Below, in pieces: positions 37,801 through 50,276 of a DNA stretch of 64,000 nucleotides. Origin of the DNA: Protoeuglena noctilucae (lineage: Eukaryota); the NCBI GenBank assembly GCA_958009085.1, contig OY253671.1, forward strand, positions 1,054,001 through 1,118,000, written 5' to 3'. The number at the start of each line of letters is the position of its first letter. The first letter of the stretch is position 1. A model generated the notes under the pieces. The model was not told the DNA's origin, searched no databases, and was given only the letters and a program-made list of their open reading frames with translations. A program made the position numbers and the translations under genes.

Positions 37801-39046
37801 TGGCACCCGCGGGCGGTTTCTATCCTTCCACCCACCTGCACGCGGAGGGTGCACACGGCGGCCTCGGTCACCCCCACCGCCTCGCTCTCGGAGTTTCGGA
37901 ACAGTGCCGCGCAAAAGCGGACCAATGCCTGGTACACGGTCGGTGAGGCACCGACGACTTCGAGGAGGCGCCGGAGGCACGAGGATCCCTTGCGCAGCAT
38001 GTGGCGAGCCTGCGGGGCGTGGCAACGGCCGACGGCGCGTCGTCACTTGGTGCCCTCGCTCTCATGGTTGACAGGGGTGGCTCCAGAAATCGAGGCGCTC
38101 GCCGGGGTCACGCAGTGGACCACAGCCTTGAAGCAAGCTCGTCGCGCAGAGCCTCACCAGGGACGGCATCTTGCGAGGGCCTGCGGCACCGGCCCATGCG
38201 CCCATGCCAGCAGTAATGTCCAGGCACTCGTCCATGTCCAGAGCGCGAATGCGCGTGGCCGTCTCGTCCTGGTACCCCTCGATCGTCGCCATGACCTGGC
38301 GCTCCAGCAGCCCCTCGTCCACCTCCCACACCTGCGGAGGCACGCACACCGCACCAGCGAGCATGACTGTGGCGCAAGGCGGGAGCTGGGCGCGACGAGG
38401 GAAGCCGCCACCCGTGCCTCTTGCCTGCCGCTGCACGCTGATGGGGAGCTCGCTCAGCAGGTCCTGGTCCTGGGAGAGCTCCAGGAGGAACTGCCGGGGC
38501 ACGGGGCGCAGATATGAAAGGACGCGGACGGGGACGGCCTTGAGCTCCGGGATGCCGATGAAGGGAAACGAAGCCTCTAGCTGCGGCCGATGAGAGGCCG
38601 GCGGTCGCTCCAAAGGAGGCGCGGGCTCGGCTGGGGCACTACGACATCACTGCAGCTCACCAGCAGCTCGAGGCGGTCCTGCGGAAGCGTCGGGATCATC
38701 TGCAGGAGACGCTCCCGGGCCGTCTCCAACACCTTCCGGAAGGTCTCCGTCTGGGACTGCCCCAGCGCCCGGACGAGGCCCAGGCGAGGGGCCACCCTGC
38801 AGGTCACAGTGCTGCTCCTCGCCGGCCGCGCTTGCTGCCTCCCCGGACTTCGCGCGTGCGAAAGCAGAAGATAACGCACCTCGGATCGCGGACGCTGCCC
38901 CTCTCCTGAATCTCGCGGATCGCCGATTGGGGGTCGCCCACGCCCAGCTGGAGCGCGACGAAGTCCGAGCCCGGGGGCCCCACGAGCGGCCCGGAGGGCA
39001 CGACCAGGTGGTCGGCCTCCCCTCGTTCGCTGACGATCCAGTCCAT
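34806..39046 (-). CDS. NELFB: Negative elongation factor B (NELF-B/COBRA1) homolog
   Basis: DPQSAIREIQE, RLELL|LEASFPFIGIPELKAVPVRVL, LPISVQRQ|VWEVD, VGASPTVYQALVRFC, VCTLRVQ|LLLALNDRG...TDP...LAVALDASL all match NELF-B blocks (CTLRAELLMSLHD...DPCHKFTWCLDAC). Confidence 0.85.
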
Positions 39047-39377
39047 TTTCGCACACCTCCGGGTCGCTTCCGCGCGCGCCGCGCTGTCGCAGTCACGGAA
39101 GGCAGGAGGCACGCCGATTCATGAAAGACATCCGCGAGTCAAATTCGTGAGAGACGTCTGACGCTGTCCTTGTGTCGGCTTTGATGATGCACTCTCAGCA
39201 AACAGCGAGAAGCGAGCCGGCATGCATCATCGGGGATGCAGCACACACCAGCGACTTGTGTGCCTGAAGCGCACGAATGCCTCAGAACTTGTGGCACCTC
39301 GGGCCATCACAGCAGTCGGACCGGCTTCCTACAAGTGTGTACATTCGTGCTGCAACAGGTGAGCGGCTGCGCACAGC

Positions 39378-41295
39378 TCAAGCAGATTGACGGAGGCCCG
39401 ATGATACGATATTGATCGCCATGGCCAGCTTGTCCAGTCCCTGCACGGGCAACGAGTTGGTGGCTTGCAGAGTCCCTGCACGAGCAAACGTGATGTATGG
39501 CAGCCCTGTGTGCATCGCCATTCTATCTACAAGCGAGTCCCACCTCACGCGTCGCGCTCGACACCGGGAAGACAGGCAGCGCGCCGGCGCGTTCCTTGAG
39601 GGCCGCAATTGTCCGCGCCGGTCGCCGGAGCAGGTCAACCTTGGTGGCGCACACGAGGGCGACTTTTCTCCCCAGCTCCGACTCGTACCGCTCCAGCTCT
39701 CGCATGACTGCGATGCAGGCACAGCCGCCGCTCGCGATGTGCAATCTCACGTAGTCGTGGCGCCCATGCAGCACCACCACCGCCTCACCCTGTTGGAGCT
39801 GCGTCCAGGGCCGGGCACCCTTGCTGCCGAGTCCCCCGGACGCGTCCACGACGAGCACGAGAGCCCGGCAGCGCTCGACGTGGCGGAGGAACTGGTGTCC
39901 CAGGCCTCGGCCCAGGTGGGCCCCGGGGACCAAGCCAGGGACGTCCACCACCGTCGTGCTGGCCCCATCGGCGCTCTGCGGCCGGGACGCCCTACCCCAT
40001 GCTGGTAACTCAAGCACGCCCTGCCTAGGGGACCACCTGGCAGCGTGCGTGCCGCTCACCTCCAGGACGCCCACGTTGGGGGTCAGCGTCGTGAATGGGT
40101 AGTCCGCGACGACGGGGTCCGCGCGCGACAGCTCTCGCAATAGAGACGACTTCCCCACTGAAAGCGGAAAAGGTGGCCAGGGTGAGGAGGCCCAGGCCCC
40201 GTCCATGACTGCAACGCAGCCGCGCCTCCCATGCCTGCCCACCGTTCGGGAGTCCCACCAGCCCCACATCACCCAGCAGCTTCAGCAACAAGCGCAACTT
40301 GCGCTCCTCTCCCGGTCGGCCTGCGTGTGGGGCAGGCATCACCCTTACAGACAGCGGGGTCCTGCCCAAGCACTCTCCCACTCTTGCTGCCCACGTTGAC
40401 GTCCATGTCTCACCCAGCCGCTCCTCCGTGTCTATCTCTGACAGCGAGACTCCCGGCCGCTTGAGCAGCAAACTCCCCTTGCCGCCCGCTCCGCCCCGCG
40501 CCACCACCACCCGGTCGCAAGGCGCGCTCAGGTCCGCCAGCACCGGCAGGTCCTCGTCTTCCACCTCCGTTCCTGGCGCGAGCAACTCCTCGCGCACCTC
40601 GCCCGTGTCCCACCCAAAGTGCTGCACCACCTCGTCCCACTCCTGCCCTGTTTCAAACCCCTCCTCCGCTTCTCCCATCCCCAGCTCCGCAGATGACTGG
40701 TACCGTGCCCCGTCTCCACGCTCCGCCTCGAACTCCGCCCAGGCCGCGTCCAGCGGGTCGGTTGCGGCCGGCACCTCGTGCACAACCGTGCCCACGGGGA
40801 CCCGCAGGACCTCCGGGCTCGCACGGCCGCCTGGAGCACGACAGGAGGAGATCTGGCGCTTGCGGCGGGAGACGGTCAGGGCGGAGGTCTGCAAGGTCCC
40901 TTCGCCACCCACCTTGCAACCCCTGGCGGCCCCCGTCGCCGCCCCTCTGCCCACGGACATTGGTGCGGAGCCCCCACAGGTGCCGGATGGACGGGTCCGC
41001 CACGAGCACGACATCTCCTCCGGGGCCTCCATTCCCGCCGTCCGCCACCAGGATCCCCTTGCTGCGCCCCGTGCAGGTGCTCAAGCTGCCGTTGCCCCCC
41101 TCGCCCCCACGCACCGTGACAGTCGTCCGGTCGATGAAGGGGCGCCGAAACTGCACCGGCGTCGAACCATCGTATGATGAGCAGGCGGAAGTCGTTGCGG
41201 AGGCGCTGCGCTGTGTCCAGCGACGGCACGCGCCTTTTGGGGAAGAGGGCGAACATCTCCGGGAGCGTCCTCCCGTTCCACCGCGGCATACGCAT
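39378..41295 (-). CDS. Obg/CgtA-family GTPase (organellar, MTG2-like)
   Basis: [105 protein letters not shown]. Confidence 0.93.
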
Positions 41296-41704
41296 ACGAC
41301 CTACTCCGCCAAGTAGGCTGGTCAGCGCATCGAGGCGCGCAACAGTGCCCCACGCACACGGCAGCTAAGGCCGCGTCCCACGCTCCCTGATGTGCCCTGA
41401 GCAGCACGCGCACACATCCGCGCGACCCCATGGGTTCATCCACATGCCGAGTTTGCTCCTGTCGAGGCCTGCCCCGGTCAAATGGCCCAGAGCGGGTAGG
41501 GCTCAGGGTCCCTACCCAAAGCGCCTTCCATCCTTAACGGCGAGCAGAGAGCACCTGGCCCCCTCAAAAGCATTCGTACGCCTGGGAGATCGGTCGGGCC
41601 TGCGCTTCCCCTCCCGTCCCGCAGCGATCCCGCGCTCGTGGCGCAGCGAGGCTTAGCCCCCGGTTGCCCTTCCGTTCCATTCAGCACAGCTCACACTCGG
41701 GACC

Positions 41705-43196
41705 ATGCTCGGAGCGGTGGCTCGCGCGGCCTGCCCCACGGCGGGGCCGAGCTCGCGGTGCGCACCCGTCCCCGGCTTCCGGGCGCATTATCCGTGTGGT
41801 CATCGTGGGGTCCATGCGCATCGCGACAGCGTCGCGCGACGGGCGGCGGTGGTGTCCAGCAGCCAGGCAACGGGGGCGGACGGTGCAATCCTTTTGTCCG
41901 AGACGACCGCGGCGTCGACGATTCCGAAGTCCAGCGTGTGGGAGCTGGACTTTTGTTCCAGGTGACGGAGCACCTGCGCGCCGCCCCATCCATGCGCGCC
42001 GCCGCGAGCGGGAGGGACCCCCAACGCGGCATGGGAGCGTGGCACCCCGGCGGTCGTCTGCAGGCCGATCCTCGATGACCGGAAGAAGAAGGTGTGGGAG
42101 CTCCTCATCTGTGACGCCGACCGATCGTTTGAATACGCGCTCTTCCTCCCCAACAGCCGGATCAACTCGACGTCCCTCAAGGTACCATCCATCTGGCCTG
42201 CGCCCGCCTCCGCGCGCTGTCCGCGTCTCTCTCCACCTATGCGGCTCGCGGCAGACGACATGACGCCATCTGCTGCTCCCCGCGGCCCGCAGGAGGCGAT
42301 CGAGGCGGTGCTGGCGCAGCCGGGGGCCGTGAGGCCAGAGAAGATCAAGTACTTCCGCGGGCAGATGCAGACAATCATCAGCCGGGCGCTCGGGGACCTG
42401 GGGATCAAGGCCGTTCCGTCGCGGCGGTGCCTGAGCATCATGGGTGCGGCCACGCAGCGCGGTGTGCAGGGCCTCTTGCTCGGCAGGAGAGTGGAGAATT
42501 TGGCGCGAAGGAACGCGCTCGTCGTCCCGGCTCGCAGGGATGGTCGAGGAGCGGGCGCGGACGATCTACTGCAACATGGAGGGGTACGACCCGACGGCGG
42601 CGACGCTCTTCACGCTCGACCCTGGGGCCCCCAAGGACCTCCCGGACGCCCTGAGGGGCGAGCAGTGGGCGTTCGTGCAGCTGCCGCTGTCCGCGGTGCT
42701 GAAGGAGCTCGAGGTGCGGGCCTGGGGGTTGCGGGCCGTGGGGCTTGGAAGGGGTCGCGCCGGTGGCTGACGCGGCGCGTCGCGCCCTCCCCGCGCGCAG
42801 GCGGCGGGACGCGCGGACATCTTCGGCTCGTCGCTGGACCTGGTCGCGTCGGGGGTGCGGGCGACCCTGGACCGGGGGGAGGACCCCGTCCTCCCGGGGG
42901 TGTGCGTCTTCAGCCGGCGGGCGGCCCCGCTGGCCGGGTGGACCAACGGGCTAGAGGTCGCGCGGCTGCAGGCGGACTGCGACCGCGCGTGCCTCATCCT
43001 CGAGACGGGCGTCGCCGACCAGTGGCGGTACGGGCAGTTCCCCCGCACGCCCCAGGCCCGCGAGGAGGCGGAGGCGTGGAACCAGGCCAAGGCGCAGCTG
43101 GGCGGCCTGCATTTCCTGGCCATCCAGCGCGACCCCGAGGACGAGGAGATCGCGGGCATCTGGCTGCTCCTAGACCGGCCCGCGCCAGTCGTTTAG
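41705..43196 (+). CDS. TAB2: Tab2 chloroplast RNA-binding protein (psaB translation factor family)
   Basis: Transit peptide, then VWELDFCSR|PIL...KKVWELLICD, KIKYFRGQMQTIISRAL, VPSRRC, DLPDALRGEQWAFVQLP, SRRAAPLAGWTNGLE, LILETGVADQW, GGLHFLAIQ. Confidence 0.95.
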
Positions 43197-43910
43197 TGCG
43201 TCTGACTGGCTGGGGCTCTCCTTGCGATTCCCGCGTCCCTCGGGGCCCCCACATCAAGCAGACGTAACCGCAACCTCTAGTCGCCGGAAAGACTCCTGAC
43301 ATCCGCGTACCGAGCCAACTGAGAGCCAGCATGACGACCCCGACAGGCGCGTGGCGGCGGTGGCCATCGATCGATCCAATGTGACGTTTTGTTGACCGCG
43401 CGCTCGCCCGCCCCTCGTTTCGAGCGCGGGATCTCGCGGCCGCGCGGACCGGCACCCCGGGCTCGCGCCTCGCCCCTCCCGGCGGCGCCCCAGGCCCCTC
43501 CGCGCGGTAATGAGGTTGCTGGTTGAGGAACTGAGTCGTGGGCCGGTCCCCGTCGTCGGGATCCCGTGATCTCCGCGCGGCCAAGCGGTCGCTAACCGAC
43601 TCGCCATGCCGCGGCCCTCGGCGCCGCTTGCGCTTTCTAGGGATGCGCCTGGACCATAATCTCGTCATTCATATCCCGCCTCGCCCGCGGCCGGGCCTTC
43701 GATCGCGTTGGCTTCAGGGGCCACAGCCTGGCCCCGGCCGGTCCGTCGCCCTCCGGCCTTTTCCTGGTCTTGCTATCACACAAGACGCTTTTGGTCGCGT
43801 ATGGGAGGGAGGAGCGCGCTGTATATCGGCCTTAACCCGGCCAGGCGACGCTCTCGGGCCCCTGGCGTGCCGCAACCCATGTACGCGCCTCCCCGCTCCC
43901 AGGACCCACG

Positions 43911-46686
43911 ATGACGGACGGCGTAGCGGGACCGGCTTTCCTCGAGACTAGCAGGTGCGTTGGCGGCCACGTTCACCCGATCGCAGCCCCCGCACGTCGC
44001 GCCCGGCTAGCCCCGCGATGCAGGTTCGTGCTCCCCCTCCTGACACGCAGGGTCCCAGAGCTAGAGAGTGCCGCCCTTTTCGGAGCGTCGGGTGCTATCG
44101 GGCACGGCTCCACTGCTGGAGGTGCGGCGGCCCGGCGGCGCGGCCGGCCTAGGTGCATGCTGTTCCGGCGCTTTGGCATGCTCTCACGCCGAGTTTCTTG
44201 GGTTTGCCACGCAGCCTCAGTAGATAATCATTCGCCTCAGGAGGGCGAGGACCCCAACAACAAGAAGAAGCGCAGCTCGGTCTACAAGGGCGTCACGCGC
44301 CACCGCCGGACAGGTGGGCTTCGGCGCGCGGCGTCCGCCCCTTTCCTCCCCGTATGGCGATGCAGATTGGGAAGGGGTAATCAGATGATGCCTCTGCGGT
44401 GGCTGTCGCAGGCCGCTGGGAGGCGCATGTGCGCGTGCGCGTCGCCGATGCGCCCTGCGGCAAGCAAGTGTACCTGGGCGGCTTCGAGCACGAGGACTTG
44501 GCGGCGGAAGCATGTGAGAGCGCGGATATAGTCACGATGCATCTGCTTGGGGGCCGCGGCGGGCTCCAGAGACGGGATCGCAACCGCGGCTCCCCCGGCT
44601 GCAGACGATATCGCGGTGCTGCACAGCAAGGGCTGGATGACGGAGACCAACTTCGAGCGGAGCCGCTACCGGGAGCTGTACGATGCGATCAAGCACATGG
44701 ACTTCCAAGACGTCGTCCAGCTCATCCGCAAGTGAGCGTGACGCCGCTGCTGCGGCTAGAGTGTCGTGCCGTTTGATTCCCGCAGATGACAGGGGCTCGC
44801 GCCGTCTGGCTGAGCGCGAGGCGCTTTGTCCGCAGGTGCGGCGACATCCGCGGCCGTGCTGGCGTCTCGGACCACCAGGGCGTCACGCGGCAGGACGTGG
44901 GCGGGGGCGTGCAGTGGCTCTGCCACGTTAAGATGCCGGTCACGGGCGAAGAGGCTTTCGTCGGAGCCTTCGTCGACGAGTGCGAGGTGAGCATGGCGGC
45001 CTAGACCAGCTTGGGACTATGGGGGAGAGGCGACGAGCATCGGCGCCACATGCGTGGTTGAGACTGGGCCAGCTTGACTTGCCCAACTTGGGCTTCCTCG
45101 ACGCAGGCGGCGCTCACGTACTTTCACGAGATGATCAAGCTCTGGGCGCCGCACTGGGGTGCTCCCCGCGGCAACATGTGCGCCGCCCCTGCGGCACCCA
45201 CCGCACAGCTCCCAGCCTTCGTCGACAGCCCGCATCACGAGCCCAGCACGTACCAGGTGAGCACCGACGCTCAGCTCTGGCTCAGTTTCATGGATGCACC
45301 TCATGTGCTTTTGGTGACGTGGCTCTTGGCGCTCAGCCTGCCCGCCAGCGCGTAGGACAGCAGCATACTCCGGCCTGGTCAGCGCGCGCTGGATGTGGCC
45401 TGAAGCTCTCCCCTGCAGCTGGACGTCTCGCCGACCTCGGAGCATGGAACGCGGCTGCGCAAGCGCCCCCGCCCCACCCCAGGCTCGGTCGAGTCGAGCG
45501 CAGGCGGGGCGTACCCGGCCGTGAGCTACCAGATCGACGACACGGGCGCGTATGCCGCCGGGACCGACGCGACGCTGCAGTTCCGCGCCGCCAAGTCCCC
45601 CAGGCACAGCACCAGCGCGGCCGGCGTGTCGCCCGTTCAGGCGCGGCGGGGGCTGGCGGGCGTCGACGTCAGCGACGTCCTCAGCGGCCTCCTCCCCGGG
45701 CTCGACGGCGCCAGCGGGCGCGCGGTCTCCGCGCCGCACTACCCGCCCGTGAGCGTCGCGGCGGGCGCGGCCCCGCAGGCCCAGGCCCCGCACTACCCGC
45801 ACGTCGCCGTCGCGCCGCCCCTGCCCGAGATTGGCAGCGCCACGGGCAGCCCCGCCGTGCAGTCGCCGCGCTTGCCGCCCGGCGCCGGCGCCAACCTGTG
45901 GGGCGCCTCGCCCCGCCTGGCCCTGCCAAGGGCCGACGTGGACCTGAGGCCCCAAGCGCACCCTTCGCTCACCTCGCCAGCGGACGTCCCCGCCGAGTGG
46001 GACCTGCGCGGCTGCGATGTCCCGCGGGACTCCAAGTTCCCCGCGGCGGACGACGCGAGCCTGCTCTTCGAGCCCTGGCGCTCTCCCCCGCCCTCCCTCG
46101 TGACCGACCATTCGCTGCCCGAGCTCTTCCCGGGCCTCGACGAGGGCATGTTCTCGGACCAGACTGTCCTGGACCAGGTGGGCGCGCGCTTTCGATGGCG
46201 GCTCACCCCAGATGTTTGGTGCGGTCACGGTTCCTTGGCGCGGGGCGTGTTTAGGGCATGGTGCGCCGGGTCATGAGTGCGTCGCGGGGCTCTTCGATAA
46301 GCTGAACAGTGGCCCGTCTCCGCAGTTTTCGGAAACCGTTCCGTCTGCCGCTGATGCGTTTAACATGCTCAGCAGCGATCCCTTTGCGTACGTGGATAGC
46401 GCGGACCCCCTGCTCATCTCCGGGGGTGAGCCTAGGGGCGGACGGGTAGTAGTAGGAGGTCGCGCACTAGGCTTCATGCAGGTGAGGTGGGATGGCCAAG
46501 TTGGTGAGCTCGGCGCTGAGGCTGTGGCAGGTCAGCAAGACGCGCCTGGGTTGGGATGATGCGTGCACCATGCGCTGACGAGGGCAGAGTGTCAGGCTTG
46601 GATGTTGATGTGGGATTCAATGGAGCCCGTTTCCTAGCATGCTCATCTCATGCCGGCTAGCAGCACTCGCCCCTGCAGGTGATTAG
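43911..46686 (+). CDS. AP2-domain transcription factor copy 1 (one canonical plus one degenerate AP2 repeat)
   Basis: RSSVYKGVTRHRRT|GRWEAHV...KQVYLGGFEHEDLAAEA|YDIAVLHSKG...TNF. Second repeat SDHQGVTRQ...QWLCHVK...AFVGAFVDECE|AALTY. Both ends approximate. Confidence 0.85.
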
Positions 46687-48045
46687 AAGGGGACCACCGC
46701 CCGGCTGACGTGGCCCTGATGCTCTTAGCTGCTCCAGCGCTCCCCTGCCCCCTCCTTCGCTAGAGCTGGGCCACTACCACCGGGTTAGACCTTCCTTGCG
46801 TCCCTCGCGCTAAGACGGCATTAGCAGCTTCGTTTGGCCGGGGTGCACCACCCCACAGCGCCTTTTCCCCGCCCCAGCATGAGGCGTTGTCTTACCTGGC
46901 CGCACAGGCCTCCCAGCGTTTGCTCACAAGCCCTAGTATTGTGCTGCGGCGCGGCTCCTTTCCGCGAGCTGCGGGACTACGCAGCCGCGCCCTCCCTTCT
47001 TCCCAGTTGCCTCTCGCCCGCGCCGTCGCGGCGGGAGGCGTGTCATGGGCCTAGCGCCCAATCCCCGTAGTGTCGCATCGCCGTCCAGGGCAGCCCTGCC
47101 CTTGACGACGCGTAGCGTGCTTGCCTTGGCGGCACGTAGCGCACGCATCTGGCGTGCGCCAGGGGCCCGTCGCCTGGCTGGTGGGCCAGGCCCGCGGAGG
47201 CGCCCTGCTTTATGGCGCCCATTTCACTCGCCCGTTTCCTCTTCCGAGCGCACAGTGCGCTTTCGACTAGACGCGGGCAGCCTCACGCGGGCGCCCACCC
47301 TGCTGCGAGCCCCCTTTCAGCTGCACTCCCTACCTTAGGGGGCCTCCGTCTCCGCCCCGCGCCATGCGGCGCTCTGCCCATCGCGCGGCGGCTCCTTTCG
47401 CCGCGGCTGCTTTGTTCAGTTCCGATCTTAGCCGGACGCAGCCGTTGGCGCGGGGGCGATTCCTCGGCCCAATCGTTCCGTCCCGTAGTCTGTTCCGGCT
47501 TCGAGCTGCCGAGCCGAGGAGTGAGCTCGCCGTTCTGTTCCAGATCTTCCCAGCTGCTCGCCCAGCTGCTGCGGATGTAGCCCAGGCTTGTCTGCTGTGC
47601 CGCGCGCGGCAACGTGCGGCGTTGTTGCCTGTTGAATCACAGTTCTTGTGGCTAGAGAAAGGCGTGGAGGGGACAAGAGGTCCCCTGGACACTCGTCCAT
47701 GAGCAGCCTGGGAAGAGTTGAGGAACGCTGGCGGCAACGTGTTTCTGTCATGGAGTCAGGGGCTCTACGGGCCGCCTGAAGGGGACAGCGATAATTGCCC
47801 ATTAAGGGAGTCGTCCTCCAGCTACGCACATCCGAGGTCTCGGCTTAGATGGTGTGCTTCCCCGGCCTCTAGGGCAAGTTTGGCAGCCGCGCACCTGCTG
47901 CGCCGATGGGTGAACGAAATTGGTAATCGACACACAAAAGTGCGCGTAGGTGTTGCGATCCGCTGCGAAGACGTCCTCCTTCGCAGGTCAGCAGTGCCGG
48001 TCCTTGCGGCTCGCCACCGCGGAGCCCGGGATTATCTTACGCACC

Positions 48046-49553
48046 ATGACGAAAGCAAAGGGCCAAGCGATTTCGGGTGAGGCGGCTGTGCGGCAGCGAG
48101 GTCGCCCGCGGCCCGCCAAGGCCAGTCGAACTCGTCGCATCCCCACCCCCGCCCCCAGAGCCCCCAGAGCGACAGCCCAGCGGGGGCATCGTCAGGGAGT
48201 CCAGGGCAGCGACGCGTCGGCCCCGGCTAACGCAGAACGCCAGGTCTCTCAGTGGTGCGACGGTGGTGCAAAGCGGCAGGGCCGTGCCCGGCATGCAGCC
48301 GCCGCAACATCACATTTGGAAGCCCCCACCCGCCCACAGACGCACTGGCATTTGTGGCATTCGAGGGCATCGACAAGGAGTCCCAGCGTCGGCGCCCGAG
48401 TTCCGTCTATCGAGGCGTGACGCGCCACCGCCGGACGGGCCGCTGGGAGGCCCACATCCGCGTCAAGATGCCAGAGGCTCCCCGCGGCCGCCAGATATAC
48501 CTGGGCGGGTTCGAGAAGGAGGACCTCGCAGCCGAGGCATGTGAGCGGCTGCTGTGCTGGGACAGCTTTGCGATAGCCTCGCTGCGTGCGGCAGGCTGCA
48601 TGACCGGAATGCTGCTCATTCCGTTCAGATGACGCTGCGATGCTGTGCTATCGCGGCCCCTCGGCGGAAATCAACTTCAACCGCAAGCTCTACAGCGACC
48701 TCGTCCCGCACCTCCACGCGCTCGGGGACTTCCAGGACGTCGTCCGCTGCATCCGGGGGTGAGAACGTGCTGCCGTGAGACGAGCATGCCCATGTCGTCC
48801 ACGGGGCACCCACATAGTTGCAAGGCCCCAGGTACATTCCCGAGCACTTTGTATCTGTGACGGCGTGCGAGACGCCTCTCGCAGGGCCGCACCCAAGGGG
48901 AGCCCAGCCGCCAAGCTCGCCACCGCCGCACAGCTCGCCGCCGCCGCGCATGCGACCGCGCGTCACCGCGTCGAGGACGGCGAGGCGTCCCTGAACTACC
49001 CCGGCCAGGACGCCCTCGGTGTCATCTCGCCAATCACCGTGCCCGCCACCGGGGCCGCGCCTGGCGTTTCGGGACCCCAGGCGACCCACAACCCGCAAGT
49101 GCGACCATGGGAAGCCCCGGCGTCCGCGCCGCTGCGTGGGGACGCCATCGACAGCGCGGGCCTCGGCAGCGGCGCGCTGGGGTGCTTGGGATTGGTTGCT
49201 GCCAGTCCCGACGACCCCACCCCTGCGGGCGCCGCGCCACCCGCTGTAGACAGGCCGCACGACGCCACGCCATGCGGCGTGATCTCCGCCGAGGGCATCA
49301 GGCTGCTGGCGGAGGCGGGGGGCTTTGGCGTTTTTGCCGTCCCGCACGACGACGACGCCGGGGGCCTGGCGCGCGCGGAGCCTTGCCTCCCGGATGCGCC
49401 GCAGGCAAGTGCAGGCCGCACTGCACGCGGTGATGGCACGGGAAGGGAGCACTCGTCCATCTTTGATGAAGCTTCCCTTCGCACCCGTTGCAGGCCGGCG
49501 CTGGGCCCTGCACGCTCGCATCGCTCATGGGGATGGAGTTCTCCGGCCACTAG
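48046..49553 (+). CDS. AP2-domain transcription factor copy 2
   Basis: PSSVYRGVTRHRRTGRWEAHIRVK...RQIYLGGFEKEDLAAEA|YDAAMLCYRGPSAEINF. Last intron is GC-AG (49405-49493). Confidence 0.85.
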
Positions 49554-50276
49554 ACGTTGCACTTGCTGCGCAGCCACCCCGTAGGTGCGCGCGCGTCCAT
49601 GGTAGTCGCTGACGGCTTGAGCTGCATGCATTGTGCCATGCCCCGTACCAGCGTTGCGATGTCGCGCGCGAGCGAGCCGCGGTCCACGCGCCGCACAGCG
49701 CAGACATGCAGTGCAAGCGCTAGAATGCTCGGAGTAGATGGCATCGCGGAGCCTTTGGTTGTTGAGCCGTCGCGCATATGCCGCTGGCGCTGAAGTCTAG
49801 TCTGCCTCGCGGGGCGGGGAGATCCGGAGGGATCCGACGCTGCCAGAAGCACCCTTTCTTTTTTCACAAACCCGTCGCGGCTCCCGGCGTCCCCACTTCC
49901 CTCCCGACAGGCCCGCGTCCCCGTCCCCTCATGGCCGCGACAAGCCCGCGACAAGCCCTTCGAGGTGACGACATTTCCGTCAACGTAGCCACCACGGCAC
50001 GTCGGCTCCCCGATGGTCGGCTGGCGGCCCAGTGCGCCGTCCTCGCGGGGGCAGCTGCAGCTCGGCAGCTCTGGCCGCTCCTGCACCATCTGCCTCGCTG
50101 GAGGGCGTTCGATCGTTTCTTTGAGAGAGTCGTCGCTGAGATGCCCGGCGAAACAGGCCGGTGTCCACTGCGTGCGCTGCAAGTCCGGTCCGGATTTCTG
50201 CTCGTCAACCGCGCGCCCCACGCCCAGGATCGTGCCCCTATTTGGCGGCCGTCCACCGCTCGCGCCATCGTTTTAG

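Noticed and set aside
39181..39220. SECIS-like ATGA-N12-AAA pattern
   Set aside because: Helix II and the GA quartet pair poorly, and there is no upstream + strand selenoprotein gene.
19038..43196. Non-standard nuclear code (TAR=Gln) or selenoprotein TGA readthrough
   Set aside because: TAG terminates VFL1, SYF1 and TAB2 at the expected ends. No in-frame stop interrupts a conserved domain once introns are removed.
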